This document shows, one piece after another, positions 13,256-26,830 of a stretch of 64,000 nt of DNA. Position 1 is the stretch's first letter; each line of letters starts with the position of its first letter. The position numbers and the translations under genes were made by a program. This DNA comes from Felis catus (Eukaryota), in assembly GCF_018350175.1 (NCBI RefSeq), contig NC_058368.1, positions 233,928,001 through 233,992,000 on the forward strand, read 5' to 3'. The notes beneath the pieces were generated by a model. The model was not told the origin of the DNA and did not search any database. It saw only the letters and a list, made by a program, of their open reading frames with translations.

Positions 13256-13512
13256 TTAACTCTTTAAAAAATTTTTTTTAATGTTTTTATTCATTTTTGA
13301 GAGAGACAGAGACAGAGAGACAGAGAGACAGAGAGACAGAGCACAAGCAGGGGAGGGGCAGAGAGAGAGGGAGACACAGAATTGGAAGCAGGCTCCAGGT
13401 TCCAAACAAGCTGTCAGCACAGAACCCAGTGCAGGGTTCGAACCAACGAACTGGGATATCATGACCTGAACGGAAGTCAGATGCTTAACCGACTGAGCCG
13501 CCCAGGCGCCCC
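13256..13512 (-). mobile_element. Can-SINE
   Basis: antisense, expanded (GAGACA)n tract. Confidence 0.94.
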
Positions 13513-13599
13513 TAGAATTCCTTTATATCACATATTCTGTGACCAGCTACCATAGAGCATGGTGCCTTTAGATAACACAACTGTATCACACCCTTAAAG

Positions 13600-13820
13600 T
13601 TTTCTCAGACGGTAGAGCTAATGCTTCTTACCACGCACTAAAAATATTTGAAGAAGGAGGGTGGGAGGAAGCGTGGGGAGGCGATGGCTATATTTGTGGC
13701 CCCGATGGCGGTGATGGCTTCACGGGCCTACACCTGTCCCCAAACTCACTGAGTTGTATACAGTAAATAGGCACAGCTTTGCACTCAGCAATTCTACCTG
13801 AGACACACGGCTTCAAAAAC
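13600..13820 (+). mobile_element. Old L1M 3' terminus fragment
   Basis: ggcgatggctatattt...ggtgatggcttcacggg...aaactcactgagttgtatac. Confidence 0.65.
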
Positions 13821-14509
13821 CCACAGTATGAAGGTAACGGCTTTCTGCCTTACGCACCACAGAGGAACAAGTAAATAAGAAAATTCTTGACCGAATTTAA
13901 TCAAGCCAGGGAAGTAGCATTTTTTTGCTAAACAATGTGCCGGCAAACAAGTATGATGGCACTGAAGATCCCAACTGACCCTTGGCATCCAGCATCTGAC
14001 ATTAATCTGAGATCGTTGAACCCAGGGAGACCTCGGACTTGAGCTGCCTTGTTCGCTGCGGTGTTCCAAGACCAGCTCAGTGCATTCAAGATAGAGTCAC
14101 CAGATGAGTTAAAGAACGCATATAGCCCCATGGCAGGGGCGAACTGCTACAGGGCCCCACAGAAAGTCCCAATGGCCACACGGATGAGAAACGAAAGTTC
14201 CTGCAGGGAAACCTTCTTACACGTAAGTCTGTATTTCGACGGGTCTACAAGTCAGAGAGACGAACCTGCATGAAGGGCAGAATCCAGGCCGTGATGGAAA
14301 TCAGGGAAGAGCCAACCTCCCTGCTAGCTCAGTCCCACGGTAGCTGTGTGGCTTTGGGCAGGAGAACCGCTGTCTCTGAGCCAGTGTGTTCATCTCTACA
14401 AGTGTTGCCCACCTCCAGAGAGGTTGTATCAGCAGAAAGAGTGAGATCTGAAGCATGATTAAACTCTGCCCTTGATTATTATTATTCCTTCCCATTTCCT
14501 GTTGTTGTT

Positions 14510-14721
14510 CTTAAAAAATTTTTAATACGTTTATTTATTTTGAGACAGAGACAGTGCAAGAGAGGGAGGGGCAGAGAGAGAGGGAGACGGAGAATCCCAA
14601 GTAGGCTTTGTGCTCCCAGAGCAGAGCCCGATGCGGGACTTGAACTCACAAGACCGTGAGATCATGACCTGAGCCGAACCCAAGAGTCAGACGCTTAACC
14701 AGCTGAGCCACCCAGGCGCCC
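14510..14721 (-). mobile_element. Can-SINE
   Basis: antisense; flanking ATTTCCTGTYGTT repeat. Confidence 0.94.
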
Positions 14722-15697
14722 TAATTTCCTGTCGTTCTCTTGCCACACTTCCGTCTCTTCCCCCCTGCCCCCATGTGTGGATCTCGAAACATTTCCTCCA
14801 TTACTGAAAAAAGCAAACCCCGTGCTCCGTCGCCTGCCCCATCACTCCCCGCTCATGTGACTTTGGACAAGTCACATACTTCCATTAGGATCTTTCCTCG
14901 TTTTTAAAATGGGAGAAATGATACAGCCTGTCAAGAAGTGCATTCCTTAGAGCCCATTGTCAGTCCCGTTGTTTCTTCTTTCCCTCGGAGAATTATTTTT
15001 GCTGTGTTTGTGAGGGTCCTCCCCGGAAAATGAGAACCACCCTAAACGTGTACAACAGCAGGAATTTCGCTCAGGAGATCGGCAGGTCGATGATGGAGGA
15101 AGTCGGGAAGCCGGCAGGAGAGACCGTGGGGACAGCGGTGACTGGTGGCAGCAGGAAGCAGCAGGCAGCCCGGGGAGGGGAGGTGACGATGGTGCATGAG
15201 GTCGAGGACAGGTGCGCCCGGGCCTGTGTGGTGGGTGCTGGCTGACACACGCCATCACCGTTCTTCCCAATTCCGTGTTCCTGCCATGGATGGAACGAGG
15301 TCAGGAGCCAGCTGGGGTGGGGGGTGGGGGGCTGGAATGCAGCCCAGGGTGGGAGCCACTGGGCCTGAGAACCGGGCAGAGCAGGAATGGAGCGAGGGAG
15401 CCCAGCACTGCCAGGTCACGGCACTCGATCCGAGTGCGTGTGTAAAGAGCTACGAAAACGTTCTTTTTGAACTCTTATAATGACGTCAGCTACAGCTTCC
15501 ATCAGTTTTTACTTTATAAGGATGGCCAGTACGAAGAAAAAAGCACACAGAAATGACTTTTTCAGTGGTTCACAGTGTCTCCGGGATAGTTTCTGGAATA
15601 GCTCTTTCAAGGAGTTCCATTTAGTTCATCTAAAGCATAGGTAGGTCTAGATTTGTTCAAAGATTACTCTTTCCAACAGCCAGTTCCCTGCTGTCTT

Positions 15698-15915
15698 TTT
15701 TTTTTTTTTAATTTTTAATGTTTATTTAATTTTGAGAGAGACACAGAGTGTGAAGGGGGGTGGGGGAGGGACAGAGGGAGACACAGAATGGGAAGCAGGC
15801 TCCAGGCTCTGGGCTATCAGCACATAGCCGGACGCGGGGCTCGAACTCGCAAACCGTGAGACCGTGACCTGAGCTAAAATCAGACGCTTGACCAACTGAG
15901 CCTCCCAGGCGCCCC
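15698..15915 (-). mobile_element. Can-SINE
   Basis: antisense; TSD CCTGCTGTCTT. Confidence 0.95.
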
Positions 15916-16182
15916 TCCTGCTGTCTTGTAAATTCTTATAATCTGTGGCTCCTTTGCAATCAGTCCATGCCTCTGTTCATTGGGTATTTCGTGTCTTTAG
16001 TTTTATGTGATGCACAAATATGAATAAGATAGTCTTTTCCTGAAGAGCTCAGGGCTTATTGGGGAATCAATGCCGGACAAGAGGACATAAATTATGACAC
16101 AAGGTACAGCAAGAGAGAAATTATGTATTAGGAGGGCTATACTCTAAAATCTGGAACTTGAGTTAGGTTTTTGCATTCACTT

Positions 16183-16383
16183 TTTAAAAAATGTTTATTT
16201 ATTTATTTTTGAGAGGGAGAGAGAGAGAGAGAGTGCCCGAACAGGGGAGGGGCAGAGAGACAGGGAGAGAGAGAATCCTAAGCAGCGCAAAGCCTGACTT
16301 GGGGCTCGATCTCAGGAACCATGGGACCATGACCTGAGCTGAAATCAAGAGCCAGACACTTAACCAACCGACCCAGGCACCCC
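16183..16383 (-). mobile_element. Can-SINE
   Basis: antisense; TSD TGYATTCACTTTT. Confidence 0.92.
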
Positions 16384-17039
16384 TGTATTCACTTTTGTTT
16401 TAACCTTTAAGCTAACAGCATGAGGATATGGAAGTCTTGGGCAGGGGGATTACTCCGCACACCCCAGCTACCATCCAAGAGTTTGGTTTTATGTGTTCAG
16501 CATTGGATTCAGATCATTCTCAATCAATTCTTTCACTGCCTTCTTAATATTCCAAATGAGTGACTTTTTCCCAGCAGTCTCCCCCTCACCCCAACACACG
16601 GGGTGCCTGCCAGTGCCTCTCCACACTGGAGCCAGGGTCAGCGAGCCAGAACCTGCCTTGACAAGCGCTGGGTTTTACCTGGGGAGGCAAAGAGGCTGAG
16701 TTGCAAAGTCAGTGGCTGTTCAGACACTAACGTCTATGAGCACCTCCTCTGCAAACTTCTCACTCGCCCGTTTTTCGTTCCTATAGTTATACCGAGTTTG
16801 GACTATAGTTTCTTCTACTCCTCAACTTCTCTTCTTGGGCTTCTTGCCCTCCAACGGCACCAGGGAGGTAAGAATACTTGAGACGAGTACTGGGAGCCCT
16901 ACTTTACGTTGCCTTTTCAATCTCGCAGCACTGAGGACACACCCGGTTTGTGCGTAGCGGTACACGTGGGCGAAGTAATGCGTGAATGAAAGAATGAATG
17001 ACTGGAAGAGTCAGGCCAACAAAGCAATTGGAAGGAACT

Positions 17040-17210
17040 CTGGCTTTGGAAGAACAGAAATCTGGGTGCCAACCCACATTCTTCTCACTGCGTGATTTAG
17101 GGCGATTCACGCAACCTCTGGGAGCCTTTCGGCGTGATTTGTTGCGAGAACGGGTGAGAGAGAATTTAAAGCGTCTACCTGAAGCAATGGCTCCGCTGTA
17201 AGTTCTTAAA
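17040..17210. mobile_element. MIR fragment
   Basis: ggctttggaagaacagaaatctggg...tgcgtgatttagggcgattcacgcaacctctg. Confidence 0.55.
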
Positions 17211-18889
17211 AGATGGAAGGTTTTCTTCCACAAACATGGGAATTTTTGTGTGGTGGTTTAGTATGGGAGGAGAAGGAAACCAGGAAAATTTGGGGGGTTT
17301 CCAAATGTATTATAAAATAATAACTGGTCCTTGATGCATAATCAACTAAAAATATTCAAGTGTGGTCACAGCAACTTCCTGGCAATTCCTTTCCTAGACT
17401 TGGATGGGATCTAAAGCTATGAAGAAGGACTGCTACCCCTCCCCGCGGCATGAAGTGGGCTCATTTCTCTTGGAGTCAGGACAGGAATGCTCCGCTCTGG
17501 AAAACTGGGTTCTCAGCGTCAGGTGAACCTGACAAGTCTCTGTCCCAGCCCTCCATTGGCCGTCATCCCGGAAACAAATATATTTTCCCTGACCATGTCT
17601 CCAAATAGGCCAGGTCGGCCCTCCCATGCTCTCTCAAAAATAACTGGGGTGGCTTTCGGAGATTTCTGGTTTCACCCAGGTGTTAGGACAGTCTTCTTAG
17701 ACGTTATAAAGTTCATGAAATTTAAACAAAATCCGAGTTTCTCATTCACCATTTCAACAGGAGAGTGGGGATGAGGTGGGGGATTCTTGGACCAGGAGGG
17801 AAGGTGTTTAGACTTTCTAGAACTTTCCCTTGCTCCAGCTCCTTCCCTATTTATTGTTCCCACCTTCAGAGTCTGGGATAAAGGGAGGAAGGACTAGGGG
17901 AAAAAAAAGAAGTTTTGGTTCAGCAGGTGCTGTTTTTTATATTTTTTCTTGGGTCCAAAAGTGACTCTGATTCTCTGGGCACTTGTGTGGTTCTCTCGAG
18001 ACGTCCCTGCAGACACTGTGGCTCCTTAGGGGCTCCTACTCAGGTCACGTCCCCCCAGCACACCTGTCTCCTGAGGGTGCCACCAGGCAGGCTGCTGGGC
18101 AGGGTCCTTTCAAGGTCCCCGGCCGCCTACCTTCCCAAGGCACAGAAGAGAAGGTGACTCCTGCGCCAGCCCTCTCATCTGGTCCCTCTGTCATGGCCAT
18201 GCTAGCCCTCTTCCCACGTTCAGACTTGTCCAGGCACCTGTCTCCATGCCCCCCGAGCCTGGAGGGTGGGCACAAGTGCAAGTCTTTCACTCGGTTCCTC
18301 ATGCCGAGCACCATGAATAAGGTGAGATTTTGCTGGGATTCAACAAGCATCCAGCCAAGTGGACACGCCATCTTCCCTTTTTGCATGCAACCCTCCCTCC
18401 ATTTCTCTCTTGGCTTCAGGGTCCGGAAGGACAAGAGCATTGACACGTGAGGGAAGTGAATTTGCTTCTCTACAGCTTTAGGAGAATCCTTCCCTGAGAG
18501 CCTCTTCTCTTCGGTGGTTGAGGATGGAGGTCATGAAAACGGGTTGGCCTTCTCTGGGCAGTTCCTTTGGGGATGTTTCCACATTTCTCTTCAGAATGTG
18601 GGGTGATATCACTCATTATTCTCGGCCTCAAGACTTTGGCTAAAATTCAGGGCAGCAAGATAACTCTCAATCTACATAAGATTGCAGTTAAATGTACAAT
18701 TTTTCCACCATGGGCACTAGAAAGCATGGAGACTGCAGCTCACTTGAAAGGTAGGGCGTAGCGCCCTCGTGAAGGCTGAGCTTTATTCTGCTTGCCTTGT
18801 TTTCCCTGCAGCCCAGTTTCTTCATTTAATTGCTTTCCACCTGTTCCATCATGGTCTTATGTTGAAACGAGGTAGGATTTAAATAAGGA

Positions 18890-19745
18890 CAGTAATACCT
18901 TGCTTTGTGAGCATAAATCATTCCGGAAACATGCTTGTAATCCAAAGCACTTGTATAGCAAAGTCAATTTCCCCATAAGAAATAATGGAAACTCAGGTGA
19001 TTCGTTCTACAACCGAAAAATACTCATATAAAAATGATTATAATACTGTAATATAACACAAAATAATAAAGATAAAGAAAAATAAACAAATTAACCTGCA
19101 CTTACCTTTGAAAACCTTCAAGGCTAGTGTGAGAGAGACAAGAGAGGAGGGTTATCTTGTGGGACGACTTTCACTATCACTACCGGAATCACTGCTATCT
19201 ATTGGCTCAATAGAATCTTTTTCTTTTTGTGCAACTTTAACAAGGAACCTGTCCAATGACACTTGCTTTTGCCTCCTCTTGAGGATTTCGCGGAAATGTG
19301 ACATTGCATTGTGGTTAAACAGATTCATCGCTCGCACCGCTACGGCCTTATTCGGGTGGTGCTTTTCTACAAAACTTTGCACTGTTTCCCACATTTTGCA
19401 CATCTCCCTAATCTCATTTGAAGCGAGGGATCCCTCCGCCTGTTTCTCCTCCTCCTCTGCAGATGAGATGCAGACACAGACAGCTTATAAAATCTTGCAG
19501 TTTTGGCTACTTGCAAACCTCATTCATACTTCTCAATGATTTCCTTCTTTAAAAAAAATTATTTTTAAGAGAGAGAGAGGGAGGGAGGGAACCATTGGCT
19601 CAGTTGTGACCATGTGACATTCGGCATCACGCAGTACCCATGTTGCAAGACATCGCTCGTTTATCGAGTCAAAATTTGATAGAAATGTCTGCTCGTCTTG
19701 TGGAACTTTCACGGGACAAGTTACTCGCAACCCAAGGTTTTACTG
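18890..19745 (-). mobile_element. Tigger/pogo (Tc1-mariner) DNA transposon, internally deleted, with transposase C-terminal remnant
   Basis: imperfect TIRs CAGTAATACCTTG.../...CAAGGTTTTACTG followed by TA; ORF 19152-19403(-) ...FREILKRRQKQVSLDRFL resembles the Tigger/TIGD C-terminus. Confidence 0.85.
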
Positions 19746-19962
19746 TACGTAAATGCAAGCACTGTGTATGACAGAACATCAGTCACTGACTTTATAAAGC
19801 ATAAATGAAGAATTCTGCTATTATCTCCATCTGACAGGTAGACAACGGGAAGCAGGGTTAGTCTGAGTTGCCTAGGGTCATGGAGCTAGTGACAGGCATT
19901 CCAGAATAGGAACACCCCCTGGTTCTAGAATCTGTGCCCTGAACACTCTTTCGCAACTACAG

Positions 19963-20555
19963 TGTAACAGGAATAACGAATGTGACACTTCCTTGGTGAT
20001 GTACCCGGCTCAACCGGGGCAGGTCTTACCGTGGAATGTGGTCCCGTCATGTATCTCAAAGTAGCCAGGGAACCCCAAAAGCACAGGTTTCACTGGACTC
20101 CTATTTGTGCCGTTGGAAACTCTACCTCAGACATAACTGAAATCTGTGCACGTTCTCTCCGGAAACCCATGGCCCTTTTTGTCCCTCTCAGGAGAAGGTA
20201 GGAGCTTTGAGGCACAGCCTGTCAAATCAAACGCTCCTAGTCTCGAACGCCCAGGGGCTGGCTCCTGGTGGGGGGACAGGCGGGACGCCCTGTGGGGATT
20301 TTGAGCAAAATTCTTTGTACTGTCACAGGCTCTGTGAGAAAGAGGGACAACCCTCGGCAGTGCTCTCTCCCCGCAAGATCTGCCTGCTTTTACACGTATT
20401 TGGCAGAAGTTGAAAGCTGGGGTACGGCAAAATGTGCTGTGTGGCTCCCAATTACTGGGACGAGAAGGTAAGAATAGCTTTTCTCTCCTGCTCTCGTCCC
20501 ACTTGTGGAAGGAACGGTGTTCTCCTTTATAAAGAGGAACTGTCAGTCTGTTGAC
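19963..20555. mobile_element. Possible old ERV LTR
   Basis: TGTAACAGG...TGTTGACA termini, ~590 bp, LTR-like composition; family not identified. Confidence 0.35.
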
Positions 20556-20582
20556 AATGTGACCTAGGTTGCACCAAATACA

Positions 20583-20811
20583 TTAAAAAAAATTTTTTTA
20601 ATGTTTATTTATTTTTGAGACACAGAGAGACAGAGCATGAACGGGGGAGGGTCAGAGAGAGAGGGAGAGACAGAATCGAAAGCAGGTTCCAGGCTCTGAG
20701 CTGTCAGCACAGAGCCCGACGTGGGGCTCGAACTCACAGACCGTGAGATCATGACCTGAGCTGAAGTCAGATGCTTAACCGGCTTAACCGACTGAGCCAC
20801 CCAGGCGCCCC
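20583..20811 (-). mobile_element. Can-SINE
   Basis: TSD GCACCAAATAC (20571-20581/20812-20822). Confidence 0.96.
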
Positions 20812-21054
20812 GCACCAAATACCTTCTAAAAATACACAAATGTGAGTTTCCCACCGAATACATTTTAAAAACAAACATATGTGAGTTTTCCGACTGTCTG
20901 GGAAGTTAAAGCAATTTAGAGGGACTCAGGGAATCCAGGTTGTAATACGGCTTCTTCCCCCAACGTGCGATACGTTTAACCGAATTGCTCTGAGACTGAT
21001 TTCTCACCCGTAAAATGGGGGAGAAGGACTAGGTGGAAGGCGGTGACCTTTCTT

Positions 21055-21900
21055 TGAAGGTATTTGAAAACTTCAACTTGCAAGGAAAGTTGTGACGACA
21101 GTACTCTGAGCTTCAGGATCTTTATCACTGGGATTCACTGACAGCGACTTCCTGCTTTCTTGCTTTGCTGTGATAATGATAATGATGATATCGTTATTAG
21201 TACTTGACAAAGCATTTCAGAGTAAATTGGAGACACCGAGCCCTTTTCGGTCTAACTACTTCTGTGGCCAACCTCTTCCAAAACCGCAGTGAAATTATCC
21301 ATCAGAAAATTCTCAGTGACACCATGGCGCTATATAATCCACAATCCATATTTAAATTCCGTCCGATGTCCCAATAATGCACATCATTGCAATTTTTCTT
21401 AACCCAGCGTCCAGTCTAAGATCACGCTTCGGTTGAACTCAACATCCCTTCCCTGGTCCCCTTCTGATCTGGAAAGGTTTTCCTATCTTGTCTTTTGTGA
21501 CATTGACCTTTTGGAATTGAAGAGCGGAGGTTTGGGGTTAGTGTGATGTTCCCTCACGGTCAGATTCGGGGTGCTCGTTTGGGGCAGGGAGACCTCATGG
21601 GTGAGGCCGTGTCCTTGCGCGTTGGCTCAGAAGCTGTGAGGCAAACTTGTCTTGGCGTCAGAGACATTCGCTTTGGTGACTCGGTTGGAGAGGTGTTCTC
21701 CGGATTCCTCCCCGGCCGTGGGCGCTTTTTCCCTTTGTACAAATAATCAGTAATCTCGGTGAAGATTCTTTAAGGCTGAGCACATATCCTCTTTCTTCAT
21801 CAAACTTTCATCAAGGAGTTTAGCTTCCTTTGATGAGTCATGCCTGAAGCAATCATCGCCACGGTGGCTGCAAAACGCTAATTCTCTCGCCTTCCTGCTG
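21055..21900 (-). mobile_element. Old L1MC/MD-like 3' fragment
   Basis: aacttcaacttgcaaggaaagttg...ccagtctaagatcacgc...tgacattgacctttt. Confidence 0.55.
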
Positions 21901-22750
21901 CAACAGGTTCATTCTGCTCCATTTACTTAAGCTGCTTCTTGTCGCTTTATGTTTGGCCACTACGAACTTGTGGCTGAAACACTTTTTTGACCCCAGACGT
22001 TGAGGTGACGGTGACGCACCATTTCCCTAGAAAAAACTCCACCTACTCACAGACACCTGCCAAAGTGCATATATTGTTAAGATTGTGCCGGATCCTTAAT
22101 GTCCATTTATGGGCCAAACCCTGAAGTGGTCGTGGAAATTTACGTAATTGCTCTAAAATGCAGTGAGACGTCTGCACCTGTTGAAATTATTTGCAAAGGA
22201 AGCAGATGTTAGGCCCTATTAAAATGAGTAGGACAGGTGCATTCCTAACTCACCAGATAGCTTCTTAGAAAACGGGTTATTTTGGCTTCGTTTATGAATA
22301 TCACTGTACAAGTGCTCTCAACACACACTCAAAAGCTATACAGTTTCCCTCGAATGCTCAGAAAGCTGGAGAAACCCTCCCCTTGGCTCCTCCTTCTTTA
22401 TCTTCTGGGTTCCTGCTACTTGGAGAGCGGCTCTGTAGATTCTGTGAGGTTCATAGTGTAGCTCAGCGTGGCTTCAATTCACGGTTCATTCCAGGGTGTT
22501 TCCTGGAGAAAGTGGCATAAAAAGATGTCCCATGAGCTCCACCCGTAAACAATCACACGTTTATTCCAATCGAGAGGAAATATCATCAATGCCAGGAGCT
22601 GATCACCTTGTGTTTCAGCCTCTGAGACTGGTAGAACAGAATTCAAGACCCTAGTCGGCCACACGGGCCTGAGCGTGTTATTTGACAGCCCTAAATCTTA
22701 GTTTGCTTACACACACAGCGGGGACTGTAATCACATCTGGACCAAGTATC

Positions 22751-22796
22751 AGGAGGGGAGAAGACAGGAGGGGAGAAGACAGGGGAGAAGACAGGG
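22751..22796. repeat. Short tandem repeat (AGGAGGGGAGAAGAC) x~3
   Basis: two exact 15-mers plus a 12-mer variant. Confidence 0.9.
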
Positions 22797-24274
22797 CTGG
22801 AGACTGAGAGTCTCACCCAAACTACTAGGAGCATAATACTGCCCAGTTCACTCATTCATTCACTCAATCCTCCCTCCCTTCCTTCCAATGTGAAACATTT
22901 GCACAGAGATACTATGTGCAATTGACATGGCAAGTCCCGTTGCAGCTTCTTATATCAAGGAAAAAAATATCAACTGCTTTATTCTTAGGGTCCTAAGTTT
23001 CTTGATGATTTCTCTGAGGAATGCTACCTGAAGCTTTATGGATGTTGACAACGTTTTGGGGATAGGATTTCTAGAAATGCCTTGTGAGTTCACGTTACTC
23101 TCTATTGCTCAAGATCACTTATCGCTACTCTGCTAGTCCTCGTTTTTTTCTGAGAAAGACATTTTAGGTAATCATCTTATTATCTTATTATTATAATAGT
23201 TTTATTATTTTAGGATATGGGGCACATGTTTCTGCTGCCCACACTTCCTTTCATTGGCAGAAATTCTCTGCCTTCCCTGACAAAGGAAAATGAGAAAAAA
23301 AAAAATAATGCAGATAGATGTAACCAGGTGAGGATGGGTAGGTGAGCAAACACCAGCGGTGCCTTTAGAGACGAATGACATATTTAAAGATGTAACCTTA
23401 TGTATCAAGTAAGGCACCGGGTGTCGAATTTCCCCAGACCAGGCGTGAAGACATTATTGCCACGGGCCCTATCACAGTCTAGAAATTGGGAAGTACAATT
23501 TAAAATGTATTCTACCTTCAGCAAGAGTTGATATTAACTTTTTCCCAAGTCCTTCAGTCCTTGAGATGTTACAAAACAAATATCATGTCTGAGGAAATTC
23601 AGAACCAGGTAGAGTTTACGTCATATTCTCTGAGAATTGATATGTTGGATACCAGGTGGGAGGGAAGGAGCTTTTGTTGGAACTGGTCAGGTGGGGTCGG
23701 AGGGTAAAGGTGGGTAGAGGCAAGGGGGAGGGGGGAGGGCTGGGGGTGGGCTGTGGGAGGACTGGTAACAAAAGCACTCTAGAGCTGGAATTAGCATCTG
23801 GCTTCGTAATTTGTTGAGAGCACAGCCCTAAACGGGGATGAAAGGTCTCGTGTCGTTTACTACACAAGCTGGTTGTAAAAATAAAATGAGGCAGTACGGA
23901 ATGTTTAAATAAACTGTAATGTGATGGACAAATAGAGCATATTTTAGGAAGGGTTTCTAAACTCAGGAGGAATCAATCCCATATGATCACCATATGGTGT
24001 TAACACGGTCTCCTTTCTGTGAGCACAAGGTAGAGAATTGGAGCAGCACTCCCTGCACATCCTTACACATGAATACATTTCTAGTTCTGGAAAACTTGCC
24101 ATATTGAATTGTTTTCTTGAGACAGCAGAATACAACTAGCATTTACCCACTAGTTCACCGATCAGTAAGCACTGATTGAATTCCCATGATGTGTTCAAGT
24201 ACCATGCCGGGCCCTAGGAATTCAGAAAGGAAAGGACAGCCCTTGAACCGTGGACTTTCAGTGTCTGGGGAAGA

Positions 24275-24747
24275 GTAACAGGGAGGTTTCTTCCTGACGT
24301 TAAGCCCCTGGCTCTTCGTTACTTAGAGCATGTATTTTGAAAACTTGCCACCGGAAATCCTTTCTCTGCCCTTTTGAGCTGTGGATCTTGTCCCAGACTC
24401 TCGCCAGTTTTAAAACCCGGGAAACGTCTTTCTCGAGGACCTGGAAACCGTGCCTTTGAAGTGTGATCATCAAGGAAGAGAGCTCCCGTGTCTCCCGGTC
24501 TCTGCAAGAGGGTGGGAGCCTGACTTTGATAATCGCATCAGCCCGATCACATTAGCCCACCGGCCCAGAACGCCCTGCAGTGCTGTTCCACTGGCTCTCC
24601 CCGGAGCCGCAACACCACGGCCTCCTTTGTTCCAGCAGAATTGGCCTCGGTCTCCTCTGCGGGAAAAGAGTCTCTCCCCTACAGCAGTAGTCTTGAATAA
24701 AGCCCTTCTTCCCTGTTTAACTCACCCAGTGCAATTTTTCTCTGACA
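24275..24747 (+). mobile_element. Old ERV1-like solo LTR inside an L2 fragment
   Basis: AATAAA near the 3' end then ...atttttctctgaCA; flanks join into L2-like tctggggaaga|agacagac. Confidence 0.55.
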
Positions 24748-26830
24748 AGACAGACACAGAGGAATGAGAACACAGAGACGGACAGAGGATCAGGACAAAG
24801 ATGGATGGAGCACGGCTTCCGTGCTCCCCGGAGCTGCTTGGATTCCGAACAGCGTTCTAGCCCCATCCATGCTCCAGAGTCTGTGCCTCCCGAGCTTCTG
24901 GGCACACCAGGTTGTTCGGCCGCATCTGCCTGGGGGACAGCAGGGACAGCATCACACGAACAAAATACCGAGTATCTGGTTCAGCTATTCACAATACACA
25001 ACGACTCTGAAATAAACAACCACGGCTTACCAGCACATGATTCAGAGAGCCAAAGAAGAAGGCTTTCCCAGGGAAGGCAATTAGCATTGGCTCTGAGGCA
25101 AAATGCCTTCGTTCGGAAACGCTAACGGTTTGGAACTTCTGTGCTCTGGAAACTGGCAGAAGGGCCCGGGAGAGCGGAGAGAAGGGCGGTAAGAACTGGG
25201 AAGTCGAACAGAGTGTGTTGGTCTCATCAGTCAAGTCTGCATTCCCTATGGCGTCCCTTGGTGAAGTAGCTAAAATTCCATTCCCGATTTTCTTCTTGCA
25301 TGGACTATGGTACTCAGCTGCAGTTTAACTTGGTTGACCTGCCAATGGTGGGAGAAGGACATAATCTCACCAATAGTCTTGGTGGATTCCAAGTCACTGG
25401 TGCCGTATAATGGAATTTTTTTACCTGACCGGACATAAGAGGGACACCAACTGGCATTGACGTTGCTGAGTGGCACTGGTGCATGACTGTGTGGACAGAA
25501 TTGAGTAGTTTTGACAGGCTTCCTTCGACAACTCACTGTCCTTAGGACATCAACAGCCACTGACCATCGTTGATGATAACCACTCATCGGTACGCGCCAG
25601 TGACTGGAAAGCTGTGCGATCTTCATTAGTGTGTTGGTATTTGATGGTTCAACCCACATACCCACAGGCTTGTCATCCAGTAAAACCCATCTGGGGTTGC
25701 AGGCAGCTTTTTCTTCCCTGCTGCTGGCTGTGGGTTTGTTCTTTCAGATGGGAAATTGAAGGAGTAATACTTCACAATAATTTCTGCTCAAATTGTATTT
25801 TCTTAGCTATAGCTTCCAAAGCTGTGGGTCCTCTGAATCTATATTTTCTTTCTTTTCTGGCTGCCTCCAAATGATTTTCTATGTTCACAAGCTATATCAA
25901 ATTTTCTCCCCAGTCACTGCTTGAAAGTGCATGGGTGTTTGAGGGGAATGAAAAATTTCTCAGCTCCGGAAGGGCATCCTTCAGCCCTCAGCAGAAGGGT
26001 CACACGCTGAGTCCTTAACAGCTTCCTGGGACCCCAAACTATGTGAAGGCAGCCAAAGAACCTATGCCAAGAAGACTTATAGTTAACTATGGCATTAATG
26101 CATCTGCACATTGTTTCTGTAACATTATCCCTTTTGAATATCAGTTTTCCTACATGATCCTCACGGAAGAGAGCTCCCCTGGCTTGGTGTGTATGAGCCA
26201 GACTTAGGTTGTGGGGTTAATACCAGCTACCACTAAATTATTGTGGAATCAACGATGAGCAATTTAGGCTGGGGGTATGTATGTAGGCCTTGGCAGAGAA
26301 TCTAACTTGATTTCTCAATGCTCAAACAATGTATCTAGAAATCAGCTATTTTAACAATGCCCATTTCGTGACAGACGTCCACCTTGACTTGTTCCTTTGA
26401 ACAGATTTGAGCACACCGAAGGAGAGTTCACTCTGTTGAACTGGATATCATTGCTATAAAAAATTTTCTTAAGTATTAAATCCTGAAGCAAAACGTAGTC
26501 ATAAATCGGCCTGTGGCTTCATGTAGAAATATGAAATAAAAACATTAAATTCAACACCACAGGATAGTCAGTGGGTAGAAAACACACTCGAGGGAATCGA
26601 GTAGTCTAGACCCTTGCCTGCAAACACGTCTCATTTTAAGTTTCCAGGAACACAAGGCTTGATTTGGCTTTTCCACCCTCTGTATGATCTTCAGAAAACC
26701 CTCTGCAGCTCATTCTAGTAATTTGACCAGCCTAGTTGGCAGAAGGTTCTTCCTTACATCTAATCCCTATGTCTTCTCTCTTAATTTAAACACTATGTGG
26801 ATTTACTTTAGCTGGTAAATAAGTATGAAA

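Noticed and set aside
25230..25700. Complex sequence with a 131-aa minus ORF, possibly an old DNA transposon
   Set aside because: No TIR/TSD or protein motif I can support; needs a Dfam search.
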